IMG/VR virus record: IMGVR_UViG_3300007770_001284
Coordinates: 186,001-250,000 of that record
Strand: one strand, 5' to 3'
Length of the DNA stretch: 64,000 nucleotides
Shown: piece by piece, positions 46,934 through 56,075 of the stretch
How the letters are laid out: each line of letters starts with the position of its first letter
Position numbering within the stretch: the stretch's first letter is position 1
The notes under the pieces: model-generated
Told to the model about the DNA's origin: nothing
Databases searched by the model: none
What the model saw: only the letters and a program-made list of their open reading frames with translations
Position numbers and translations under genes: made by a program

Positions 46934-48549
46934 AGATGTATCATGCAACCACTCCAGCAAATGCTCGTGATATATTAGCGAACGGTCTTGAGGTTGATGC
47001 TACCGGCGAAGCGGGCTATACCCAGGTGCACGCTCAATGGGCAGACCAGCTTTATGGTATGCGGCCTGTTTTTCTATCTGTTAAAAAGGGAAAATTCGCC
47101 GGGATTCCCTTGTTGGTCGACACAGAGGGATTATCCCTTGTAGCGGATTTAGCAGCTGTCGCAGACCTGGGAGACGAGCCCCCCAGCTTGGATGGAGATG
47201 AACTTATTTGGTGGGATGGAATCGGTCCAGAAGAATTATCCCCTATAGCAAGTGACGGCGCGGTCAATATAGAAAATTTGCTTGTTCCCGGAAGTAGGGA
47301 AGCCAAGTTAGCAATTGCAGTTACGGGAACAGCGGCAGTGTTGGAAGATATTCCGCCTGATAGAATCAAGATTGCTTCATATAATGAAGCTTTCCTACGC
47401 GAGTATGTAAGAGAGGTGTTGAGCGAAGAAGTGGAACGCCAAACGGTGGGAAGCGTTTTAGACGCTTTAGGAGCGATAAAGGGCGTCGATGATGAAGCCC
47501 AGCGCAAAGAGCGTATGAAAAAGCTTGCTAAGAAAATTGGTTGGGAAATGGTCAAATTCATTCCTGTGGTTGGAAAAGGAATCAAGATGGCCAAGACAAT
47601 CGGTGATATTTACAAATTAGCAAAAGACACTCCCGATGATCTGGCCACGAAAGACAACGTCGTTCTAGACATGCTGGATGTTGATGATAAGTATCAGCAA
47701 ATGTTGGATGATCGGCTTGAAGCTGCATTCGATGAGGTCGTGATTCCTTGGCTCGAAAGCCTTCCACCAGATGCTCCACTCCCTGACATGAATAATAAAT
47801 TGGAGGCTTGGGTTAATCAAAATTTCGATGAGCGAGGAATCCACGGCGCAGCCGGGGGTGTACCAGCTAGTTCATCTCCTGTAATGAAGCAAGAAAATGT
47901 CGAGTTATCGTTGCGTCAGTACGTAAGGACAATGTTGGAGGCCGGTGAACTTGGTCGGCAAATATTTTCTGATAGGGCTCCGCTGGGACGTCATATGGGA
48001 TCCGAAAGAGACACAGAGCTAGAGGGAGAAATTTGGACGGCATTATGGGGTCACCTGCAAGGCCTTAGTTCAAAAGTGCCTACAAACTTGCTAGATGCGA
48101 TGGTAAGTTTTTCCAAAGATCCAGCTTATAACGACGTTTTCATACTACATACGAGTGGCGACGCCTACCGCGGCATGGAAGTTTCACAAGAATACTTGGA
48201 TGAACACGCGCCTGGCTGGAAAGAAGCAACATGGCCAACATCGAAACTTCACTGGCAGTGGTCTGATGTTATCCCGGTTGATTTCGAATATCAAAACCGG
48301 AATGAATCAAGAACAGTGTCTTCATGGACTCCATCAAGAGACGTGGCCGAGCAATTCGGTCGAGCCGGACACGGTATGGTGGGAGTAGTTTTAATCGCAG
48401 ATTCGGCAACGAATACGTTTCTTGACTTGAAGGAATTGTACAGATTCGATCGTCTAGACGACTTTCATTGGGAAGAGGAGATCGTCGGATTTGGTTCCGT
48501 TCGAGTTAAGGGAATTAAAATCTTGAAGAAACTCGGGGGGCTCGGATGA
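46930..48549 (+). CDS. Polyprotein: ART-like domain + helical domain + R-S-E ADP-ribosyltransferase-like domain
   Basis: MYHAT..ILANGL..VFLS; linkers LREYVREVLSE and LRQYVRTMLE; AYRGM..VSSWT..VAEQF..EEEIV. Confidence 0.6.
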   Translation: MKMYHATTPANARDILANGLEVDATGEAGYTQVHAQWADQLYGMRPVFLSVKKGKFAGIPLLVDTEGLSLVADLAAVADLGDEPPSLDGDELIWWDGIGPEELSPIASDGAVNIENLLVPGSREAKLAIAVTGTAAVLEDIPPDRIKIASYNEAFLREYVREVLSEEVERQTVGSVLDALGAIKGVDDEAQRKERMKKLAKKIGWEMVKFIPVVGKGIKMAKTIGDIYKLAKDTPDDLATKDNVVLDMLDVDDKYQQMLDDRLEAAFDEVVIPWLESLPPDAPLPDMNNKLEAWVNQNFDERGIHGAAGGVPASSSPVMKQENVELSLRQYVRTMLEAGELGRQIFSDRAPLGRHMGSERDTELEGEIWTALWGHLQGLSSKVPTNLLDAMVSFSKDPAYNDVFILHTSGDAYRGMEVSQEYLDEHAPGWKEATWPTSKLHWQWSDVIPVDFEYQNRNESRTVSSWTPSRDVAEQFGRAGHGMVGVVLIADSATNTFLDLKELYRFDRLDDFHWEEEIVGFGSVRVKGIKILKKLGGLG

Positions 48550-50354
48550 GCTTGCTTCGAGAATATGTTAACGTCCCTCCAGAGGAAGAACTCCACCCAA
48601 GTCAGATGAAGACTGTCGGTGAGATCTTGGATCTTATCGAACGTATCCAAGAAGAAACAGACGAAGCCGGCCGTCGGGTGCGTAGTGCAAATGTCGGGAT
48701 TGAATTCATAAAGATCGCCATGGGGGAGATACCACTCGTTGGTGGTGCGCTTGGTGCCGCAGATGGATTATTTGCCATGTACCAAGCGGGGAAGAATGAG
48801 GAACACACCTGGGCCGAGCTGGAAGAGTATCCCATTCTGGCTCGGATGAAGATGCACCCTTCTTTGGCCAAACACCTCGATCCTGTAACACTGAAAGAAA
48901 TTGATAAAGCATATCAGGGCTATCTTCAGGGTCTTGGTCGCGAGACGCTAGTCAGCGAAATCACAGATATCGATAATTTTACGCATGATTGGATTATGGG
49001 TGATACAGACAGCAAGCTTAGCGTGGAGCTCCTACGTGAGTACGTAAGAGAACAATTTCTACTTGAAAGAGAGGAAGCAGAAGCGTCCCTGCTTTCAGGG
49101 GTGAGTGACTTTATAGAGACTCGTCATTATGATGACGTGTTAGATGCTGCGTTTAAACGCATAGCCCCTGGTTTAGTTCGTCATGTCATGGAGCAAGAAA
49201 TCAACGAGGATGTTGCTGAATTTCTTGATGGCGCAATAGAGGGTCGGTGGGAGAAACAAAAAGGGTGGTCTTTTGAAGATCCAAGTCCAAAACAGTTGGG
49301 TCACTCTGAGGATTCTGCCGATTACATATTGGGGTACTCATGGGGCTGGAATAATGCAGACTCGTGGGAAGGTAATCGATTGCCGACCCAAGCCAGGAAA
49401 GAAGCAGTTGAGGCGCAGATCGCAGAATTTGAAGATCAAATATCTGAGCAGATGGTCATTGCGGCGCTGGAAACTGCCAATGAAAAGGTTAACCCCGTTA
49501 AGCTCATCAAAAAGGCAATTGGTGCAATTCGTAGTGCAGTTCGGGAAGAGGGTCTTTCTGGTGGCCTCAAAAAGGGCTTGCCTATCGCGATAGGAATTAT
49601 TGTAGGGGAGGCACTCGATAATTTTATTATACCCATGGCATTCTTTTCGATGACCGGCATTCCCATCCCTCCGCTTCCGATTGGAGTGGGGGAAATCATT
49701 AATCCCGTAGTGATCAGTATGGTCGGTGCCGATATAGAGTCAGACGAACTAGTTGATGAGCTAGGGTGGTACGAGGAAGAGTACGGAGAGGCATCTTCGC
49801 TGGGTCCTCGAGAGACGAACGAGTTACGTGCGTATATACGAGAAGCGTTACTTACAGAGTATTGGCCTGCCCGTACAGAGGGCAAGAAAAATGTCTGGCG
49901 TGGCATGAAGATCAAGATGTCACCAGCTATTTTGGCTTCAAAGGTCCGTCAGTACATTAAGACTGGCGAAGAGAAAGGAATTACGCAGCAAGAATTGATA
50001 AGATTTTTGCTTGGCCGTCTTGAGGGCGAAAGTACGGGTGCATCATGGTCGCTCAGCTTTGATGTTGCTGTTAGTTTTGCAGATGCCTGGGGAGCAACAA
50101 ACCGTGGCGCCGAACTCCACGTCATATTTCAAGCCACGGTCGATGAAGAAGCTGGATACGATCCTCAGGCTGCAGGCGAAGAGCCCGGCTTGTTTTACGA
50201 TGAGGCAGAAGTAAGGTTTAAGCCTGGCGCTGAGATACCTCTCACTGGAATTTACGTCTTTATCAAGTCTAAGGATCAGTGGGCCAAGCAAAGGACTCAG
50301 TTCCGGCCTCTAATGATAAAGGCAGAAGACAATCCGATGATGGTAAAGGCATGA
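48546..50354 (+). CDS. Polyprotein: helical domain + hydrophobic-hairpin domain + R-S-E ADP-ribosyltransferase-like domain
   Basis: Three LREY motifs; VWRGM..GASWSLSFDVAVSFA..EAEV. Confidence 0.6.
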   Translation: MSLLREYVNVPPEEELHPSQMKTVGEILDLIERIQEETDEAGRRVRSANVGIEFIKIAMGEIPLVGGALGAADGLFAMYQAGKNEEHTWAELEEYPILARMKMHPSLAKHLDPVTLKEIDKAYQGYLQGLGRETLVSEITDIDNFTHDWIMGDTDSKLSVELLREYVREQFLLEREEAEASLLSGVSDFIETRHYDDVLDAAFKRIAPGLVRHVMEQEINEDVAEFLDGAIEGRWEKQKGWSFEDPSPKQLGHSEDSADYILGYSWGWNNADSWEGNRLPTQARKEAVEAQIAEFEDQISEQMVIAALETANEKVNPVKLIKKAIGAIRSAVREEGLSGGLKKGLPIAIGIIVGEALDNFIIPMAFFSMTGIPIPPLPIGVGEIINPVVISMVGADIESDELVDELGWYEEEYGEASSLGPRETNELRAYIREALLTEYWPARTEGKKNVWRGMKIKMSPAILASKVRQYIKTGEEKGITQQELIRFLLGRLEGESTGASWSLSFDVAVSFADAWGATNRGAELHVIFQATVDEEAGYDPQAAGEEPGLFYDEAEVRFKPGAEIPLTGIYVFIKSKDQWAKQRTQFRPLMIKAEDNPMMVKA

Positions 50355-50902
50355 ACCTCCTCCGTGAATGCATAGAAGAGCTGCTCCGTGAGTCTCATTT
50401 TCCATTGACAGGTGGAGAGAAGGTGCGCATCCACCACAGCCGACAAGACACTAGAGACGGTAAAGAACCACAGATCAGTGGTTTTTCACAGAGGGTTGGC
50501 TACAAGCCCAGTGGTCTGTGGTATGAATGCAAAGACGGTAGCTCGATAGACTGGCTGGAATTTTGTAGGACGGGCCTAACGGACGGTGCAAGTAGATATG
50601 ATAGCGCATATAACGTTGTCTTGAATGATTATGAAATCTTGTTCATAACAGATAATCATGATTTTAAGAAATTTGAGAAGATGTACGGCGTTCCCAATAG
50701 CTACGGGGACATCAAGATTGACTGGCCAAAGGTCGCAAGTCATTATGACGGTATTGAGATCTGTCCCTATCTATGGAAAATGCGACCGGACTCGGACTGG
50801 TATTACGGGTGGGACGTAGCGTCAGGGTGCGTGTGGAACGCGTCTGGAATAAAAGAACTTATAAGTGCAGAGGAGGGTTGTGAAGATGAATCCGCTGCGT
50901 GA
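50351..50902 (+). CDS. LLRE-leader hypothetical protein (possible ART-like fold)
   Basis: MNLLRECIEELLRE; IHHS..KPSGLWY..YDGIEI..WDVASGCVWN. Confidence 0.55.
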   Translation: MNLLRECIEELLRESHFPLTGGEKVRIHHSRQDTRDGKEPQISGFSQRVGYKPSGLWYECKDGSSIDWLEFCRTGLTDGASRYDSAYNVVLNDYEILFITDNHDFKKFEKMYGVPNSYGDIKIDWPKVASHYDGIEICPYLWKMRPDSDWYYGWDVASGCVWNASGIKELISAEEGCEDESAA

Positions 50903-51368
50903 GTATATAAGAGAGATCTTGACCGAAGACGCTGACTCTTCTGGAGTCACTATCAGAGTACAAAATTATGGAAATGGAGTCGCAGCTGCTATAATGATGA
51001 GCGGAATGAGAATAGGCTCAGCTACAGCTCGCGAAGTTCTTAAGTACGAGCACTGTACAGAAGATGTAGAGAAACTCAAAGCTCAGGGTTATGATTACGA
51101 TAATCCGAAATTTCCGACCCTGGGGCCGACGCTATATGCGATAGGAGAATCTCATGTGGATGAAGCTTTTAGGGGATTTGGATACGGTAAGAAGTTATAC
51201 AAGGCAATAATTGAAGAGATTGGTAAGCATGTTGGTAATCGTGGTGCCTTTGTCGGCGCTGATGAGTGTGCAGCGGGTTCTACTTCCGGCACCGCGCAGC
51301 GAGTCTGGAAGTCGGTGGGTCGTGATTACCCATCATCTGGTAATGTAGTTTATGTGGGACCAAAATGA
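50886..51368 (+). CDS. LREY-leader GNAT-like acetyltransferase
   Basis: MNPLREYIREILTE; VDEAFRGFGYGKKLY (motif A)..AQRVW. Confidence 0.65.
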   Translation: MNPLREYIREILTEDADSSGVTIRVQNYGNGVAAAIMMSGMRIGSATAREVLKYEHCTEDVEKLKAQGYDYDNPKFPTLGPTLYAIGESHVDEAFRGFGYGKKLYKAIIEEIGKHVGNRGAFVGADECAAGSTSGTAQRVWKSVGRDYPSSGNVVYVGPK

Positions 51369-52009
51369 ACCTGCTTCGCGAATATATCCGAGCTCTGCTC
51401 ACCGAAGCTGCCAAGACCGTGGAAGATCTTCCTGAGGGTGCTTTCGTGACAATACTAAAAAGGTACGGCGGTTCATCAGTGTTCGTATACATCGGCGATG
51501 AGAAGGGAAATCGGTGGAGGACTAGAGAGGAGCACGGGGAGAGGTATGATAATTCCATACACGCAGGAATAGAAATTGCCAAGCCAAGACCGTCAGAGAC
51601 CGGACCTTGTGGCGATGCATTCGTGGTGGAAGGTTCTGGAGCAACTCACGGTTGGGGTCCGTTAGTATATGATGTTGCAATTGAGTACGCATCGCTTGAC
51701 GGATCTGGCGGCTTAATTTCAGATAGAAGTTCGGTTTCTCCTTATGCTCGACGTGTATGGGAATACTATATGAACAACCGACCGGACGTCACAGCGCATC
51801 AATTAGATGACATGAAAGATACGCTAACTCCAGAATGGGAAGATAACTGCCAGCAGTGGATAGCCATGAAGACAACGGTACCAGCATTCACCGCAGAAAA
51901 ATCTGATGATACTCGCTGGGTTGATTCACCGCTCAGTAAGAGATACACGGCACCTCCCAAAACCATCGATGCGCTTCGTGCAGCTGGAAAACTGGTGGAG
52001 ATTGAATAA
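51365..52009 (+). CDS. LLREY-leader GNAT-like protein
   Basis: MNLLREYIRALLTE; HGWGPLVYD..SDRSSVSPYARRVW. Confidence 0.55.
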   Translation: MNLLREYIRALLTEAAKTVEDLPEGAFVTILKRYGGSSVFVYIGDEKGNRWRTREEHGERYDNSIHAGIEIAKPRPSETGPCGDAFVVEGSGATHGWGPLVYDVAIEYASLDGSGGLISDRSSVSPYARRVWEYYMNNRPDVTAHQLDDMKDTLTPEWEDNCQQWIAMKTTVPAFTAEKSDDTRWVDSPLSKRYTAPPKTIDALRAAGKLVEIE

Positions 52010-52473
52010 TGAACCTTCTCCGTGAATACATAAGCGAGCTTTTGACAGAGATAAATCTTGGTCAGGGCTATGGGATAGAATATACAGCATTTGTTCTGGA
52101 CGACGCGTCACATCAGAAGCTAGCCGCTTTTGCTCCCGAAGGCTGGAAAGTCTTTGCTCATCACATGACGATTATTAATCCACCCAACCAGAAATTACGG
52201 TTACCGTCGCAATGGCTTGACCAAGACCTTTGCGTGAGAGTCGTGGGAATTGCACAATCGGCTCAGGTCATGACTGCGCTAGTTGATCTGGAAGGATTAC
52301 CTCTTCCGATGAAGGGACCAGAATATCCTCACATCACTATTGCTACGAATCCAGCAGAGGGTGGCAAGCCTGCGATGTCTAATTGGAAGTTTAAGCCAGT
52401 TATCGATAAGCATAATTTTGAGGCTATTACCTCAATCGTTGTGTGCGGCAGAATAGAGGAAATATTAAGGTGA
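52009..52473 (+). CDS. LLREY-leader 2H phosphoesterase
   Basis: MNLLREYISELLTE; two HxT motifs (HHMTI, PHITI). Confidence 0.75.
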   Translation: MNLLREYISELLTEINLGQGYGIEYTAFVLDDASHQKLAAFAPEGWKVFAHHMTIINPPNQKLRLPSQWLDQDLCVRVVGIAQSAQVMTALVDLEGLPLPMKGPEYPHITIATNPAEGGKPAMSNWKFKPVIDKHNFEAITSIVVCGRIEEILR

Positions 52474-53144
52474 GCTTACTTCGCGAATACATCAGTGAGG
52501 TGCTGCAAGTGACTGCTCGAGTGCAACCCGAGTCCCAGATATTCTGTGACATGGACGGCGTTTTGGTAAATTTTGAAGATATGATTGTGAGATTTATCAA
52601 CGGTCTTTTGGGCGGTGGCATCTCTCCAGGGATTGAAATTACGAAGGGTTACGAGAAGAGGCTAGCAAAAGTACGCGGAGAGCTCGGTCCAGATTGGCGC
52701 GCAAAGGGTCGTCCTGATTTAGATATTAAGTCGGTTCGAAATTTTATGATGGGTGCTGTTGGAGCAAATCCTGGTCCTATATTTGCTGAGATGAAGCCAC
52801 ATGCTGACGCTCTGGAAAAACTTTGGCCATTTCTGACGGGGACTGGTCGGACTGTGAATATACTGACTGCTGAAATTAGGGCGAGAGAGGGAGCTGTTAT
52901 GACAACGGCCGAAGGGAAGGAATTGTGGATACACAGGTGGCTTAAGCCTCAACCTTCTCAAATTATTATGTCACCAGCCAAACAGAAAGCCAGGTATGCA
53001 ACGACCAACGGCATTCCCAACATACTTATTGATGATAAACTTACGACCGTCGACAGCTGGAATGCCGCCGGCGGAATTGGTATCTGGCATCTGCCGGGCG
53101 GAAGCGTAGACACTGTGGAACAGCTAAAGGAATTGGGCGTATGA
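52470..53144 (+). CDS. LLREY-leader HAD 5'(3')-nucleotidase (NT5C-like)
   Basis: GTG start, SLLREYISEVL; FCDMDGVL, ILTA, K, ILIDD, WNAAGGIGI. Confidence 0.8.
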   Translation: MSLLREYISEVLQVTARVQPESQIFCDMDGVLVNFEDMIVRFINGLLGGGISPGIEITKGYEKRLAKVRGELGPDWRAKGRPDLDIKSVRNFMMGAVGANPGPIFAEMKPHADALEKLWPFLTGTGRTVNILTAEIRAREGAVMTTAEGKELWIHRWLKPQPSQIIMSPAKQKARYATTNGIPNILIDDKLTTVDSWNAAGGIGIWHLPGGSVDTVEQLKELGV

Positions 53145-55264
53145 AAACTCAGTTGCACATATACGATTTTGATGCAACTCTTTTCATGAGCCCGATGCAT
53201 CCCGACGATTGGGAAGGTCACATCGGTCATTGGTACGATACGCTACAATCGTTGTCACCGCCCTGTGTAATCGATCCTCCCAATGATTTGTGGATAGGCA
53301 GCACAGTGTCTAGTGCACATAGCAGTATAGCCGACCCCAATGTATATGCGATTTTAATGACAGGTCGCACAAGAAAACCTGAATTAGTTGGTCGGATAGC
53401 AGAGCTTCTTGCTATGGGAGGGCTAACGTTTGAAGAGATCTTGCTTAAGCCCACTGGAGATGTTAGGACTCTGCCGTGGAAATCTTCAATGATTGAAAAG
53501 CTAGCTGAAAAATTGCCTGACTTACAAGAAGTACATATCTGGGAAGATAGAGCAGACCATCTACAGGCTTTTGTTAAGCTTGTAGAATCTATGGGACTCA
53601 CAGCGGTACCGCACTTTGTTAATGTTGTGCTCAATGCGCCCTGCGATTTAGGGAGTGTACAGCCCGACGTCGACCCTGGCGCTGTGATGGATCTCCCAGT
53701 GTTGAGTAAGCAGAATGAAAATTTAGTAAGACGATACATCAAGCTTTGTTTGGAAAAAACCGTCCGAAGCCAGAAAGACAAACGTGTCCTGTATCACATT
53801 AATCGCTTTCGTCCCGCTCGTCCCCAGCCGAAAATGTCGTATTTTCAAGAGTGGGACCCGGATGCAATTGACCCGGACACGCATGAAAGAACAGGCGACT
53901 ATGTAGACGTTCCAGGAACCGACAACTGGCAACGACACTGGCTTGATAGTCCAGTTAAGTCCGGCGTTTTCTTAACCCCCAACCCAATTGATATAGCGAT
54001 CAATCACGGTAGATCTGGTCACGTATACGCCTATAAAGTACCACAGTGGGTTATAGCTAAATCAGGTGGTTTACATCGATATGATCATGGTTCCGAAGTA
54101 CTAGTTCCTGAAGATGTCTGGAACGAGGCGGGTAAAGAGATCGAGTTCATGGGTAAGAGTATGGACAAGGAAGAGTTGTGGGATGAGATGATGCCTTCCC
54201 TGTATGGACGTGGCCACCACCGGCCAGCAACAAAACCATCCTGGATGTCCGGTGAAGAATTAAAGCAATGGAAAAAGGGTCAAAGTAAATTTAATCTCTC
54301 TGGCTTAAGAGCAACACGACATCCCGAAGATGTAATCAAAATGCTTACGTCAGATGAACAGCGAAAGGCGATTGAAGCGATTGAAGCGAAGAAAGAGGAT
54401 ATTCCTGGCTTTATTGAAAAAGGCCCAAGAGACAAAAAGGGAATTGTGGTTCCGCCATTTGGACAACTATTAGACAAGAAAGACGAAGAGCTCTTGGCTT
54501 TGCTGAACAAACACCTGAACGAAGATATATTACGTGGGTACGTGAGGGCTCTATTGATCGAAAAATCATTAACTGGCCGGAAGCTTGAGAAGGTCGCAAC
54601 ATTGATAGCTGATGAAGTTATCGAATATCTTTTAGATGAAGACCTCAGGGGTGCGTTTGCGGCACAGGGTCCGCTTGGGTTTCAAGTAGAAGTTGAGTTA
54701 CCAGAAGCAGTGTTGTGGCTGCGAAATGTGTATGTGAAAATGGAGCCAGCAGATATTTTTAACAGCGATGCAAGCTATGAATTTGATCTAGATGCGACTG
54801 ATGAGCAGCGAGAAGAATCAGATATTCGAATTAATCTTCAAATGCCAACAGACTACTCAGACGAAGAAGTAGAAAAGCTTAAAGTAGAAATTGAAGCTGA
54901 TATTCGCCACGAGCTAGAACATTCAGGACAGTCCACAGATGTCCTAATGGATGTACAGAGGAACGTCCCGGATTCTGAGATATGGAAATCCTTAGATCGT
55001 GCTGATTATTACTACACAAGTGAGGCTGAGGTGCCCTCATACGTGTCCAGCCTTGTTCTTAAATCTAAGAGGCATGAGTCGCATGCAGCGGATGAAATTG
55101 ATGAAGACCTCAATAAGATCTACGCTACAGGACTAAGCAAGGGCTACTCTGAAGAAGAGTTGTCCCCCCTGATGACAAAGATTAGAGACACTTGGCAGTA
55201 TTATTTAATGTCTCGGTGGCCTGAGCAAGAATGGCCGATTGAATTTAGGCCAGAAAATGGGTAA
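53141..55264 (+). CDS. Polyprotein: RNA-repair-type HAD phosphatase + ART-like domain + zincin (HExxH) domain
   Basis: YDFDATLF..MTGR..WEDR; linker LVRRYIKLCLE; LYHI..GVFLT..VYAY..SEVLV; linker ILRGYVRALLIE; RHELEH..YYTSEAEV. Confidence 0.65.
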   Translation: MKTQLHIYDFDATLFMSPMHPDDWEGHIGHWYDTLQSLSPPCVIDPPNDLWIGSTVSSAHSSIADPNVYAILMTGRTRKPELVGRIAELLAMGGLTFEEILLKPTGDVRTLPWKSSMIEKLAEKLPDLQEVHIWEDRADHLQAFVKLVESMGLTAVPHFVNVVLNAPCDLGSVQPDVDPGAVMDLPVLSKQNENLVRRYIKLCLEKTVRSQKDKRVLYHINRFRPARPQPKMSYFQEWDPDAIDPDTHERTGDYVDVPGTDNWQRHWLDSPVKSGVFLTPNPIDIAINHGRSGHVYAYKVPQWVIAKSGGLHRYDHGSEVLVPEDVWNEAGKEIEFMGKSMDKEELWDEMMPSLYGRGHHRPATKPSWMSGEELKQWKKGQSKFNLSGLRATRHPEDVIKMLTSDEQRKAIEAIEAKKEDIPGFIEKGPRDKKGIVVPPFGQLLDKKDEELLALLNKHLNEDILRGYVRALLIEKSLTGRKLEKVATLIADEVIEYLLDEDLRGAFAAQGPLGFQVEVELPEAVLWLRNVYVKMEPADIFNSDASYEFDLDATDEQREESDIRINLQMPTDYSDEEVEKLKVEIEADIRHELEHSGQSTDVLMDVQRNVPDSEIWKSLDRADYYYTSEAEVPSYVSSLVLKSKRHESHAADEIDEDLNKIYATGLSKGYSEEELSPLMTKIRDTWQYYLMSRWPEQEWPIEFRPENG

Positions 55265-56075
55265 CTTCGAAAAATTTAAGGTGCTTGGGTATATCCGTCC
55301 AGCTGAGGTATTTTTTACGTTAGGCGAATGGCGTACCGTTGTGGAAGAATTAATAGAGCTTCAGTCCCGTGGATTCGACACGAGGTCAGGTAAAATCAGC
55401 TGTAAACATATGTCTTTTTGCACACAAGAAGATATGGATCGATTCGTACAACTTATTGCAAAATTCTGGGGCTATCAGCTCACAGTAGAGGTGGATAGAT
55501 ATGACCTCCTGACAAGCAAAAATGTTCTTGATTTCATAGAGGACTTCGTGAACCATCGCTTTTGGGGGTTCGAGAATGAATTTAGCCATTACTTCCCAGA
55601 CGTCTCTAAATTGAAGTTTGCATACTTTTATTCTCGTGGGGATATCGAACCATATGTGATGTTGGACGATGAATACACGACGCAGCTTTATGGTACCCTG
55701 GAAAATCCAGCAGATCTATGGCACTTTACAAGCCCGGATGGGTTAGATCGTTTGTCCCGCGCGATAGAAGCTGGAGAGCAATTTGATATTTCAACTTTCA
55801 CTGTAGCTGAGCGGATGTTTTTCAGAAAGACTTCCACTCTTACTGTTAGGTTAGTAGGAAATGTAAGGGCTGCGTTCCGTAGCGATATAAAGTCTTTGGC
55901 TCTGGATAACGGCAGACGAGCGTGCAACATGTATCGCCTTGAGTATCCCGGTAGGGCAGCGAATAATATTTGCTATGATTTAGACAAGTGCTTAGATCCA
56001 GAGGGCGTACAGACTGGATTATGGAATGAGTATATTGCAACGCCGCTCGAGATTATAAGCGTCGAATCATCTTAA
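55257..56075 (+). CDS. Hypothetical protein
   Basis: Last gene of the array; LWHFTS..ISTFT..WNEYI may be ART-like. Confidence 0.55.
   Translation: MGNFEKFKVLGYIRPAEVFFTLGEWRTVVEELIELQSRGFDTRSGKISCKHMSFCTQEDMDRFVQLIAKFWGYQLTVEVDRYDLLTSKNVLDFIEDFVNHRFWGFENEFSHYFPDVSKLKFAYFYSRGDIEPYVMLDDEYTTQLYGTLENPADLWHFTSPDGLDRLSRAIEAGEQFDISTFTVAERMFFRKTSTLTVRLVGNVRAAFRSDIKSLALDNGRRACNMYRLEYPGRAANNICYDLDKCLDPEGVQTGLWNEYIATPLEIISVESS

Noticed and set aside
43349-54562. CRISPR array or integron attC sites explaining the repeated motif
   Set aside because: Repeats are in-frame, degenerate at third codon positions, irregularly spaced and non-palindromic; conservation is at peptide level; no cas or integrase genes
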